Assembly (NCBI RefSeq): GCF_036365525.1
Contig: NC_090378.1
Span: 121,505,593 to 121,569,592 of the forward strand
DNA length: 64,000 bases
Direction: 5' to 3'
Origin: Heterodontus francisci
Lineage: Eukaryota
In this document: piece after piece, positions 9,809-25,276 of the stretch
How positions within the stretch are numbered: position 1 is the stretch's first letter
How the letters are laid out: every line of letters starts with the position of its first letter
Translations under genes and position numbers: made by a program
Notes under the pieces: generated by a model
Databases searched by the model: none
Seen by the model: the letters and a program-made list of their open reading frames with translations, nothing else
What the model was told of the DNA's origin: nothing

Positions 9809-12800
9809 TCAATACACACAGTCCCACGTCCTGTACTGACACATCTCACCGTTACATATAATATATAATAATGAACACACAGTCCCACCTCCTGCACTGA
9901 CACAACCCACAGTTATATCTAATATTTACTAATGGACACCCAGTCCCACCTCCTGCACTGACACATCCCACAGTTATATATAATATATAATAATGGACAC
10001 ACAGTCCTACCTCCTGCACTGACACATCCCACAGTCATATATAATATATAATAATGGACACACAGTCCCACCTCCTGCACTGACAGATCCCACAGTAATA
10101 TATAATAATGGACACACAGTCCCACCTCCTCGACTGACACATCCCACAGTTAGATACAATATATAATAATGTACACACAGTCCCACCTCCTGCACTGACA
10201 TATCCCACAGTTATGTATAATGTATGATGATGGACACACAGTCCCACCTCCTGCACTGACACATCCCACAGTTATATATAATATATAATAATGGACACAC
10301 AGTCCCACCTCCCGCACTGACACATCCCACAGTTATATATAATATATAATAATGGACACACAGTCCCACCTCCTGCACTGACAGAACCCACTGTTATATA
10401 TAATATATAATAATGGACACACAGTCCCACCTCCTGCACTGACACATCCCACAGTTATATATAATATATAATAATGGACACACAGTCCCACCTCCTGCAC
10501 TGACAGAACCCACTGTTATATATAATATATAATAATGGACACACAGTCCCACCTCCTGCACTGACACATCCCACAGTTATATATAAAATATAAATATGGA
10601 CACACAGTCCCACCTCCTTCACTGACACAACCCACAGTTATATATAATATATAATAATGGACACACAGTCCCACCTCCGTCACTGACACTTCCCACAGTT
10701 ATATCTAATATTTACTAATGGACACCCAGTCCCACCTCCTGCACTGACACATCCCACAGTTATATATAATATATAATAATGGACACCCAGTCCCACCTCC
10801 TGCACTGACACATCCCACAGTTATATATAATATATAATAATGGACACACAGTCCCACCTCCTGCACTGACACATCCCACAGTTATATATAATATATTACA
10901 ATGGACACACATTCTCACCTCCTGCACTGACAGAACCCACAGTTGTATACAATATATAATAATGGTACACAGTCCCACCTCCCGCAACGACACATCCCAC
11001 AGTTATGTATAATATATTATAATGGACACACAGTCCCACCTCCTGCACTGACACATCCCACAGTTATATATAATATATAATAATGGACACACAGTCCCAC
11101 CTCCTGCACTGACACAACCCACAGTTATATATAATATATAATAATGGACACACAGTCCCACCTCCTGAACTGAAACATCCCACAGCTATGGATAATGTAT
11201 TATGATGGACACACATTCCCACCTCCTGCACTGACACATCCCACAGTTATATATAATGTATAATAATGGACACACATTCCCACCTCCTGCACTGACACAT
11301 CCCACAGTTATATATAATATATAATAATGGACACACAGTCCCACCTCCTGCACTGACACAACCCACAGTTATATATAATATATAATAATGGACACACAGT
11401 CCCACCTCCTGAAGTGACACATCCCACAGTTATGTATGATATATTATAATGGACGCACAGTCCCACCTCCTGCACTGACACATCCCACAGTTATATATAA
11501 TGTACAATAATGGACACACAGTCCCAACTCCTGCACTGACACATCCCACAGTTATATATAATGTATAATAATGGACACACAGTCCCACCTCCTGTACTGA
11601 CACAGTCCACAGTTATATATAATATATAATAATGGACACACAGTCCCACCTCCTGTACTGACACATCCCACAGTTAAATATAATATATAATAATGGACAC
11701 AGTCCCACCTCCTGTACTGACACATCCCACAGTTATATATAATATATGATAATGGACACACAGTCCCACCTCCTGTACTGACACATCCCACAGTTAAATA
11801 TAATATATAATAATGGACACACAGTCCCACCTCCTGTACTGACACATCCCACAGTTAAATATAATATATAATAATGGACACACAGTCCCACCTCCTGTAC
11901 TGACACATCCCACAGTTAAATATAATATATAATAATGGACACAGTCTCAACTCCTGTACTGACACATCCCACAGTTGAATATAATATATAATAATGGACA
12001 CACAGTCCCACCTCCTGTACTGACACATCCCACAGTTAAATATAATATATAATAATGGACACAGTCCCACCTCCTGTACTGACACATCCCACAGTTATAT
12101 ATAATATATGATAATGGACACACAGTCCCACCTCCTGTACTGACACTTCCCACAGTTATATATAATATATAATAATGGATACACAGTCCCACCTCCTGTA
12201 CTGACACAACCCACTGTTATATATAATATATGATAATGGACACACAGTCCCACCTCCTGTACTGACACTTCCCACAGTTATATATAATATATGATAATGG
12301 ACACACAGTCCCACCTCCTGTACTGACACTTCCCACAGTTAAATATAATATATAATAATGGACACACAGTCCCACCTCCTGTACTGACACAACCCACAGC
12401 TATATAAAATATATAATAATGGACACACAGTCCCACCTCCTGCACTGACACATCCCACAGTTATATAAAATATATAATAATGGACACACGGTCCCACCTC
12501 CTGCACTGACACATCCCACAGTTATACATAATATATAATAATGGACACACATTCCCACCTCCTGTACTGACACATCCCACAGTTATATATAATATATATT
12601 AATGGACACACAGTCCCACCTCCTGTACTGACACAACCCACTGTTATATATAATATATAATAATGGACACACAGTCCCACCTCCTGCACTGACACAACCC
12701 ACTGTTATATATAATATATAATAATGGACACACAGTCCCACCTCCTGTACTGACACATCCCACAGTTATATATAATAAATAATAATGGACACAGTCCCAC

Positions 12801-15800
12801 CTCCTGCACTGACACAACCCACTGTTATATATAATATATAATAATGGACACACAGTCCCACCTCCTGTACTGACACATCCCACAGTTATATATAATATAT
12901 AAAAATGGACACACAGTCCCACCTCCTGCACTGACACAACCCACAGTTATATATAATATATAATAATGGACACACAGTCCCACCTCCTGTACTGACACAA
13001 CCCACAGTTATATATAATATATAATCATGGACATACAGTCCCACCTCCTGTACTGACACATCCCACAGCTATATAAAATATATAAAATAGACACAGAGTC
13101 CCACCTCCTGCACTGACACAATCCACAGCTATATAAAATATATAATAATGGACACACAGTCCCACCTCCTGCACTGACATCCCACAGTTAAATATAATAT
13201 ATAATAATGGACACACAGTCCCACCTCCTGTACTGACACATCCCACAGTTATATATAATATATAATAATAGACACACAGTCCCACCTCCTGTACTGACAC
13301 ATCCCACAGTTAAATATAATATATAATAATAGACACACAGTCCCACCTCCTGCACTGACACATCCCACAGTTATATATAATATATAATAATAGACACACA
13401 TCCCACCTCCTGTACTGACACATCCCACAGTTAAATATAATATATAATAATGGACACACAGTCCCACCTCCTGTACTGACACAACCCACAGTTATATATA
13501 ATATATGATAATGGACACACAGTCCCACCTCCTGTACTGACACATCCCACAGTTATATATAATATATAATAACGGACACACAGTCCCACCTCCTGCACTG
13601 ATACATCCCACAGTTATATATAATATATAATAATGGACACACAGTCCCACCTCCTGTACTGACACAACCCACAGCTATATAAAATATATAATAATGGACA
13701 CACAGTCCCACCTCCTGCACTGACACATCCCACAGTTATATAAAATATATAATAATGGACACACGGTCCCACCTCCTGCACTGACACATCCCACAGTTAT
13801 ACATAATATATAATAATGGACACACATTCCCACCTCCTGTACTGACACATCCCACAGTTATATATAATATATATTAATGGACACACAGTCCCACCTCCTG
13901 TACTGACACAACCCACTGTTATATATAATATATAATAATGGACACACAGTCCCACCTCCTGCACTGACACAACCCACTGTTATATATAATATATAATAAT
14001 GGACACACAGTCCCACCTCCTGTACTGACACATCCCACAGTTATATATAATAAATAATAATGGACACAGTCCCACCTCCTGCACTGACACAACCCACTGT
14101 TATATATAATATATAATAATGGACACACAGTCCCACCTCCTGTACTGACACATCCCACAGTTATATATAATATATAAAAATGGACACACAGTCCCACCTC
14201 CTGCACTGACACAACCCACAGTTATATATAATATATAATAATGGACACACAGTCCCACCTCCTGTACTGACACAACCCACAGTTATATATAATATATAAT
14301 CATGGACATACAGTCCCACCTCCTGTACTGACACATCCCACAGCTATATAAAATATATAAAATAGACACAGAGTCCCACCTCCTGCACTGACACAATCCA
14401 CAGCTATATAAAATATATAATAATGGACACACAGTCCCACCTCCTGCACTGACATCCCACAGTTAAATATAATATATAATAATGGACACACAGTCCCACC
14501 TCCTGTACTGACACATCCCACAGTTATATATAATATATAATAATAGACACACAGTCCCACCTCCTGTACTGACACATCCCACAGTTAAATATAATATATA
14601 ATAATAGACACACAGTCCCACCTCCTGCACTGACACATCCCACAGTTAAATATAATATATAATAATAGACACACAGTCCCACCTCCTGTACTGACACATC
14701 ACACAGTTAAATTTAATATATACGAATGGACACACAGTCCCACCTCCTGTACTGACACATCCCACAGTTATGTATAATGTGTGATAATGGACACACAGTC
14801 CCACCTCCTGCACTGACACAACCCACAGTTATATATAATATATAATAATGGACACACAGTCCCACCTCCTGCACTGACACATCCCACAGCTAGATAAAAT
14901 ATATAATAATGGAAACACAGTCCAACCTCCTGTACTGACAAATCCCACAGCTATATAAAATATATAATAATGGACACACAGTCCCACCTCCTGTACTGAC
15001 ACAACCCACAGGTATATATAATATATGATAATGGACACACAGTCCCACCTCCTGTACTGACACATCCCGCAGCTATATAAAATATATAATAATGGACACA
15101 GTCCCACCTCCTGCACTGACACAACCCACAGTTATATATAATATATAATAATGGACACACAGTCCCACCTCCTGTACTGACACATCCCACAGTTATATAT
15201 AATATATAATAATGGACACACAGTCCCACCTCCTGTACTGATACATCCCACAGTTATATATAATATATAATAATGGACACACAGTCCCACCTCCTGTACT
15301 GACACATCCCACAGTTATATATAATATATAATAATGGACACACAGTCCCACCTCCTGTACTGATACATCCCACAGCGATATAAAATATATAATAATGGAC
15401 ACACAGTCTCACCTCCTGTACTGATACATCCCACAGCGATATAAAATATATAATAATGGACACACAGTCCCACCTCCTGTCCTGACACGTCCCACAGTTA
15501 TAGAAAATATATAATAATGGACTCACAGTCCCACCACCTGCAATGACACATCCCACAGTTATATATAATATATAATAATGGACACACAGTCCCACCTCCT
15601 GCACTGACACATCCCACAGTTATATGTAATATATAATAATGGACACACAGTCCCACCTCCTGTACTGACACATCCCACAGTTATATATAATATATAATAA
15701 TGGACACACAGTCCCACCTCCTGTACTGATACATCCCACCGCGATATAAAATATATAATAATGGACACACAGTCCCACCTCCTGTCCTGACACGTCCCAC

Positions 15801-18430
15801 AGTTATAGAAAATATATAATAATGGACTCACAGTCCCACCACCTGCAATGACACATCCCACAGTTATATAAAATATATAATAATGGACACACAGTCCCAC
15901 CTCCTGCACTGACACATCCCACAGTTATATAAAATATATAATAATGGACACACGGTCCCACCTCCTGCACTGACACATCCCACAGTTCTACATAATATAT
16001 AATAATGGACACACATTCCCACCTCCTGTACTGACACATCCCACAGTTATATATAATATATATTAATGGACACACAGTCCCACCTCCTGTACTGAAACAA
16101 CCCACTGTTATATATAATATATAATAATGGACACACAGTCCCACCTCCAGCACTGACACTTTCCAAAGTTATATCTAATATTTACTAATGGACACCCAGT
16201 CCCACCTCCTGCACTGACACATCCCACAGTTATATATAATATATAAAAATGGACACACAGTCCCACCTCCTGCACTGACACATCCCACAGTTATATATAA
16301 TATATAATAATGGACACACAGTCCCACCTCCTGTACTGACACATCCCACAGTTATATATAATATATAAAAATGGACACACAGTCCCACCTCCTGTACTGA
16401 CACTTCCCACAGTTATATATAATATATAAAAATGGACACACAGTCCCACCTCCTGTACTGACACATCCCACAGTTATATACAATATATAAAAATGGACAC
16501 ACAGTCCCACCTCCTGCACTGACACATCCCACAGTTATATATAATATATAAAAATGGACACACAGTCCCACCTCCTGTACTGACACTTCCCACTGTTATA
16601 TATAATATATAATAATGGACACACAGTCCCACCTCCTGTACTGACACATCCCACAGTTATATATAATATATAATAATGGACACACAGTCCCACCTCCTGT
16701 ACTGACACATCCCACAGTTATATATAATATATAAAAATGGACACACAGTCCCACCTCCTGTACTGACACTTCCCACAGTTATATATAATATATAATAATG
16801 GACACACGGTCCCACCTCCTGCACTGACACATCCCACAGTTATATATAATATATATTAATGGACACACAGTCCCACCTCCTGTACTGAAACAACCCACTG
16901 TTATATATAATATATAATAATAGACACACAGTCCCACCTCCTGTACTGACACATCCCACAGTTATATAAAATATATAATAATGGACACACGGTCCCACCT
17001 CCTGCACTGACACATCCCACAGTTATATATAATATATAATAATGGACACACAGTCCCACCTCCAGCACTGACACATCCCACAGTTATATATAATATATAA
17101 TAATGGATACACATTCCCACCTCCTGCACTGACACATCCCACAGTTATATATAATATATATTAATGGACACACAGTCCCACCTCCTGTACTGAAACAACC
17201 CACTGTTATATATAATATATCATAATGGACACACAGTCCCACCTCCTGTACTGACACATCCCACAGTTATATAAAATATATAATAATGGACACACGGTCC
17301 CACCTCCTGCACTGACACATCCCACAGTTATATATAATATATAATAATGGACACACAGTCCCACCTCCAGCACTGACACATCCCACAGTTATATATAATA
17401 TATAATAATGGATACACATTCCCACCTCCTGTACTGACACATCCCACTGTTATATATAATATATAATAATGGACACCCAGTCCCACCTCCTGCACTGACA
17501 CATCCCACAGTTATATATAATATATAATAATGGACACACAGTTCCACCTCCTGTACTGACACATCCCACTGTTATATATAATATATAATAATGGACACAC
17601 AGTCCCACCTCCTGCACTGACACATCCCACAGTTATATATAATATATAATAATGGACACACAGTCCCACCTCCTGTACTGACACATCCCACTGTTATATA
17701 TAATATATAATAATGGACACACAGTCCCACCTCCTGCACTGACAGAACCCACTGTTATATATAATATATAATAATGGACACACAGTCCCACCTCCTGTAC
17801 TGACACATCCCACTGTTATATATAATATATAATAATGGACACACAGTCCCACCTCCTGTACTGACACATCCCACATTTATATATAATATATAAAAATGGA
17901 CACACATTCCCACCTCCTGCACTGACACAACCCACTGGTATATATAATATATAATAATGGACACACAGTCCCACCTCCTGTACTGACACATCCCACAGTT
18001 ATATATAATATATAATAATGGACACACAGTCCCACCTCCTGCACTGACACAACCCACTGTTATATATGATATATAATAATGGACACACAGTCCCACCTCC
18101 TGAACTGACACATCCCACATTTATATATAATATCTAATAATGGACATACAGTCCCACCTCCTGTACTGACACATCCCACAACTATATATAATATATAATA
18201 ATAGACACACAGTCCCACCTCCTGTACTGACACATCCCACTGGTATATGAAATATATATTAATGGACACACAGTCCCACCTCCTGTACTGACACTTCCCA
18301 CAGTTATGTATAATGTATTATAATGGACACACAGTCCCACCTCCTGTACTGACACATCCCACAGTTATTTCTAATATATAATAATAGACACACAGTCCCA
18401 CCTCCTGTACTGACACATCCCACAGTTATG

Positions 18431-18781
18431 ATTAGATTAGAGATACAGCACTGAAACAGGCCCTTCGGCCCACCGAGTCTGTGCCGAACATCAACCACCC
18501 ATTTTATACTAATCCTACACTAATCCCATATTCCTACCAAACATCCCCACCTGTCCCTATATTTCCCTACCACCTACCTATACTAGTGACAATTTATAAT
18601 GGCCAATTTACCTATCACTCTGCAAGTCTTTTGGCTTGTGGGAGGAAACCGGAGCACCCGGAGAAAACCCACGCAGACACAGGGAGAACTTGCAAACTCC
18701 ACACAGGCAGTACCCGGAATCGAACCCGGGTCCCTGGAGCTGTGAGGCTGCGGTGCTAACCACTGCGCCACTGTGCCGCCC
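18431..18781 (-). mobile_element. Full-length HE1-like V-SINE in array, copy 1 (351 bp, TATG target duplication)
   Basis: A-box TGGCGCAGTGG, B-box GGTTCGATTCC, V-domain core, CR1-like 3' end with (TCTAA)n tail; TATG on both sides. Confidence 0.93.
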
Positions 18782-21768
18782 TATGTATAATGTATTATAA
18801 TGGACACACAGTCCCACCTCCTGCACTGACACAACCCACAGTTATATATAATATATAATAATGGACACACAGTCCCACCTCCTGCACTGACATCCCACAG
18901 CTATATGAAATATATATTAATGGACACACAGTCCCACCTCCTGTACTGACACTTCCCACAGTTATATCTAATATTTACTAATGGACACCCAGTCCCACCT
19001 CCTGCACTGACACAACCCACTGGTATATATAATATATAATAATGGACACACAGTCCCACCTCCTGTACTGACACATCCCACAGTTATATATAATATATAA
19101 TAATGGACACACATTCCCACCTCCTGCACTGACACATCCCACAGTTATATATAATATCTAATAATGGACACACAGTCCCACCTCCTGTACTGACACATCC
19201 CACAGTTATATATAATATATAATAATAGACACACAGTCCCACCTCCTGTACTGACACATCCCACAGTTATATATAATATATAATAATAGACACACAGTCC
19301 CACCTCCTGTACTGACACATCCCACAGTTATATATAATATATAATAATAGACACAGTCCCACCTCCTGTACTGACACATCCCACAGTTAAATATAATATA
19401 TAATAATGGACACACAGTCCCACCTCCTGTACTGACACATCCCACAGCTATATATAATATATAATAATAGACACACAGTACCACCTCCTGTACTGACACA
19501 TCCCACAGTTATATATAATATATAATAATAGACACACAGTCCCACCTCCTGTACTGACACATCCCACAGTTAAATATAATATATAATAATGGACACACAG
19601 TCCCACCTCCTGTACTGACACATCCCACAGTTATTTCTAATATATAATAATAGACACACAGTCCCACCTCCTGCACTGACAGAACCCACTGTTATATATA
19701 ATATATAATAATGGACACACAGTCCCACCTCCTGTACTGACACTTCCCACAGTTATATATAATATATAATAATGGACACACAGTCCCACCTCCTGTACTG
19801 ACACATCCCACAGTTATATATAATATATAAAAATGGACACACAGTCCCACCTCCTGTACTGACACTTCCCACAGTTATATCTAATATTTACTAATGGACA
19901 CCCAGTCCCACCTCCTGCACTGACAGAACCCACTGTTATATATAATATATAATAATGGACACACAGTCCCACCTCCTGTACTGACACATCCCAGTTATAT
20001 ATAATATATAATAATGGACACACAGTCCCACCTCCTGCACTGACACAACCCACTGTTATATATGATATATAATAATGGACACACAGTCCCACCTCCTGAA
20101 GTGACACATCCCACAGTTATATATAATATATAATAATGGACACACAGTCCCACCTCCTGCACTGACACAACCCACAGTTATATATAATATATAATAATGG
20201 ACACACGGTCCCACCTCCTGCACTGACACATCCCACAGTTATACATAATATATAATAATGGACACACATTCCCACCTCCTGTACTGACACATCCCACAGT
20301 TATATATAATATATATTAATGGACACACAGTCCCACCTCCTGTACTGAAACAACCCACTGTTATATATAATATATAATAATGGACACACAGTCCCACCTC
20401 CTGCACTGACACTTCCCAAAGTTATATCTAATATTTACTAATGGACACCCAGTCCCAGCTCCTGCACTGACAGAACCCACTGTTATATATAATATATAAT
20501 AATGGACACACAGTCCCACCTCCTGCACTGACACAACCCACTGTTATATATAATATATAATAATGGACACACGGTCCCACCTCCTGCACTGACACATCCC
20601 ACAGTTATACATAATATATAATAATGGACACACATTCCCACCTCCTGTACTGACACATCCCACAGTTATATATAATATATAATAATGGACACACAGTCCC
20701 ACCTCCTGTACTGACACATCCCACAACTATATATAATATATAATAATAGACACACAGTACCACCTCCTGTACTGACACATCCCACAGTTATATATAATAT
20801 ATAATAATAGACACACAGTCCCACCTCCTGTACTGACACATCCCACAGTTAAATATAATATATAATAATGGACACACAGTCCCACCTCCTGTACTGACAC
20901 AACCCACTGGTATATATAATATATAATAATGGACACACAGTCCCACCTCCTGTACTGACACATCCCACTGTTATATATAATATATAATAATGGACACACG
21001 GTCCCACCTCCTGCACTGACACATCCCACAGTTATACATAATATATAATAATGGACACACATTCCCACCTCCTGTACTGACACATCCCACAGTTATATAT
21101 AATATATATTAATGGACACACAGTCCCACCTCCTGTACTGAAACAACCCACTGTTATATATAATATATCATAATGGACACACAGTCCCACCTCCTGTACT
21201 GACACATCCCACAGTTATATATAATATATAATAATGGACACACAGTCCCACCTCCTGCACTGACACAACCCACTGGTATATATAATATATAATAATGGAC
21301 ACACAGTCCCACCTCCTGTACTGACACATCCCACAGTTATATATAATATATAATAATGGACACACAGTCCCACCTCCTGCACTGACACAACCCACTGTTA
21401 TATATGATATATAATAATGGACACACAGTCCCACCTCCTGCACTGACACAACCCACTGTTATATATAATATATAATAATGGACACACAGTCCCACCTCCT
21501 GCACTGACACTTCCCAAAGTTATATCTAATATTTACTAATGGACACCCAGTCCCAGCTCCTGCACTGACAGAACCCACTGTTATATATAATATATAATAA
21601 TGGACACACAGTCCCACCTCCTGTACTGACACATCCCACAGTTATATATAATATATAAAAATGGACACACAGTCCCACCTCCTGTACTGACACATCCCAC
21701 AGTTATTTCTAATATATAATAATAGACACACAGTCCCACCTCCTGTACTGACACATCCCACAGTTATG

Positions 21769-22119
21769 ATTAGATTAGAGATACAGCACTGAAACAGGCC
21801 CTTCGGCCCACCGAGTCTGTGCCGAACATCAACCACCCATTTTATACTAATCCTACACTAATCCCATATTCCTACCAAACATCCCCACCTGTCCCTATAT
21901 TTCCCTACCACCTACCTATACTAGTGACAATTTATAATGGCCAATTTACCTATCACTCTGCAAGTCTTTTGGCTTGTGGGAGGAAACCGGAGCACCCGGA
22001 GAAAACCCACGCAGACACAGGGAGAACTTGCAAACTCCACACAGGCAGTACCCGGAATCGAACCCGGGTCCCTGGAGCTGTGAGGCTGCGGTGCTAACCA
22101 CTGCGCCACTGTGCCGCCC
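21769..22119 (-). mobile_element. HE1-like V-SINE in array, copy 2
   Basis: Same sequence and flanks as copy 1. Confidence 0.93.
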
Positions 22120-24925
22120 TATGTATAATGTATTATAATGGACACACAGTCCCACCTCCTGCACTGACACAACCCACAGTTATATATAATATATAATAAT
22201 GGACACACAGTCCCACCTCCTGCACTGACATCCCACAGCTATATGAAATATATATTAATGGACACACAGTCCCACCTCCTGTACTGACACTTCCCACAGT
22301 TATATCTAATATTTACTAATGGACACCCAGTCCCACCTCCTGCACTGACACAACCCACTGGTATATATAATATATAATAATGGACACACAGTCCCACCTC
22401 CTGTACTGACACATCCCACAGTTATATATAATATATAATAATGGACACACATTCCCACCTCCTGCACTGACACATCCCACAGTTATATATAATATCTAAT
22501 AATGGACACACAGTCCCACCTCCTGTACTGACACATCCCACAGTTATATATAATATATAATAATAGACACACAGTCCCACCTCCTGTACTGACACATCCC
22601 ACAGTTATATATAATATATAATAATAGACACACAGTCCCACCTCCTGTACTGACACATCCCACAGTTATATATAATATATAATAATAGACACACAGTCCC
22701 ACCTCCTGTACTGACACATCCCACAGTTAAATATAATATATAATAATGGACACACAGTCCCACCTCCTGTACTGACACATCCCACAACTATATATAATAT
22801 ATAATAATAGACACACAGTACCACCTCCTGTACTGACACATCCCACAGTTATATATAATATATAATAATAGACACACAGTCCCACCTCCTGTACTGACAC
22901 ATCCCACAGTTAAATATAATATATAATAATGGACACACAGTCCCACCTCCTGTACTGACACATCCCACAGTTATTTCTAATATATAATAATAGACACACA
23001 GTCCCACCTCCTGCACTGACAGAACCCACTGTTATATATAATATATAATAATGGACACACAGTCCCACCTCCTGTACTGACACATCCCACAGTTATATAT
23101 AATATATAAAAATGGACACACAGTCCCACCTCCTGTACTGACACTTCCCACAGTTATATCTAATATTTACTAATGGACACCCAGTCCCACCTCCTGCACT
23201 GACAGAACCCACTGTTATATATAATATATAATAATGGACACACAGTCCCACCTCCTGTACTGACACATCCCAGTTATATATAATATATAATAATGGACAC
23301 ACAGTCCCACCTCCTGCACTGACACAACCCACTGTTATATATGATATATAATAATGGACACACAGTCCCACCTCCTGAAGTGACACATCCCACAGTTATA
23401 TATAATATATAATAATGGACACACAGTCCCACCTCCTGCACTGACACAACCCACAGTTATATATAATATATAATAATGGACACACGGTCCCACCTCCTGC
23501 ACTGACACATCCCACAGTTATACATAATATATAATAATGGACACACATTCCCACCTCCTGTACTGACACATCCCACAGTTATATATAATATATATTAATG
23601 GACACACAGTCCCACCTCCTGTACTGAAACAACCCACTGTTATATATAATATATAATAATGGACACACAGTCCCACCTCCTGCACTGACACAACCCACTG
23701 TTATATATAATATATAATAATGGACACACAGTCCCACCTCCTGCACTGACACAACCCACTGTTATATATAATATATAATAATGGACACACGGTCCCACCT
23801 CCTGCACTGACACATCCCACAGTTATACATAATATATAATAATGGACACACATTCCCACCTCCTGTACTGACACATCCCACAGTTATATATAATATATAT
23901 TAATGGACACACAGTCCCACCTCCTGTACTGAAACAACCCACTGTTATATATAATATATCATAATGGACACACAGTCCCACCTCCTGTACTGACACATCC
24001 CACAGTTATATATAATATATAATAATGGACACACAGTCCCACCTCCTGCACTGACACAACCCACTGGTATATATAATATATAATAATGGACACACAGTCC
24101 CACCTCCTGTACTGACACATCCCACAGTTATATATAATATATAATAATGGACACACAGTCCCACCTCCTGCACTGACACAACCCACTGTTATATATGATA
24201 TATAATAATGGACACACAGTCCCACCTCCTGCACTGACACAACCCACTGTTATATATAATATATAATAATGGACACACAGTCCCACCTCCTGTACTGAAA
24301 CAACCCACTGTTATATATAATATATCATAATGGACACACAGTCCCACCTCCTGTACTGACACATCCCACAGTTATATATAATATATAATAATGGACACAC
24401 AGTCCCACCTCCTGCACTGACACAACCCACTGGTATATATAATATATAATAATGGACACACAGTCCCACCTCCTGTACTGACACATCCCACAGTTATATA
24501 TAATATATAATAATGGACACACAGTCCCACCTCCTGCACTGACACAACGCACTGTTATATATGATATATAATAATGGACACACAGTCCCACCTCCTGCAC
24601 TGACACAACCCACTGTTATATATAATATATAATAATGGACACACAGTCCCACCTCCTGCACTGACACTTCCCAAAGTTATATCTAATATTTACTAATGGA
24701 CACCCAGTCCCAGCTCCTGCACTGACAGAACCCACTGTTATATATAATATATAATAATGGACACACAGTCCCACCTCCTGTACTGACACATCCCACAGTT
24801 ATATATAATATATAAAAATGGACACACAGTCCCACCTCCTGTACTGACACATCCCACAGTTATTTCTAATATATAATAATAGACACACAGTCCCACCTCC
24901 TGTACTGACACATCCCACAGTTATG

Positions 24926-25276
24926 ATTAGATTAGAGATACAGCACTGAAACAGGCCCTTCGGCCCACCGAGTCTGTGCCGAACATCAACCACCCATTTT
25001 ATACTAATCCTACACTAATCCCATATTCCTACCAAACATCCCCACCTGTCCCTATATTTCCCTACCACCTACCTATACTAGTGACAATTTATAATGGCCA
25101 ATTTACCTATCACTCTGCAAGTCTTTTGGCTTGTGGGAGGAAACCGGAGCACCCGGAGAAAACCCACGCAGACACAGGGAGAACTTGCAAACTCCACACA
25201 GGCAGTACCCGGAATCGAACCCGGGTCCCTGGAGCTGTGAGGCTGCGGTGCTAACCACTGCGCCACTGTGCCGCCC
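24926..25276 (-). mobile_element. HE1-like V-SINE in array, copy 3
   Basis: Same sequence and flanks as copy 1. Confidence 0.93.

Noticed and set aside
9760-9810. Germline-joined VJ, as occurs in some shark light-chain clusters
   Set aside because: V is followed by an intact RSS, not by a J sequence.
9379-9861. 160-aa single-exon ORF as the Ig gene
   Set aside because: It starts in the intron and reads through the RSS; the real structure is 9246-9294 spliced to 9482-9780.
18700-18781. tRNA genes (also at the other SINE heads)
   Set aside because: The A/B boxes belong to SINE heads fused to V-domain and CR1-like tails.
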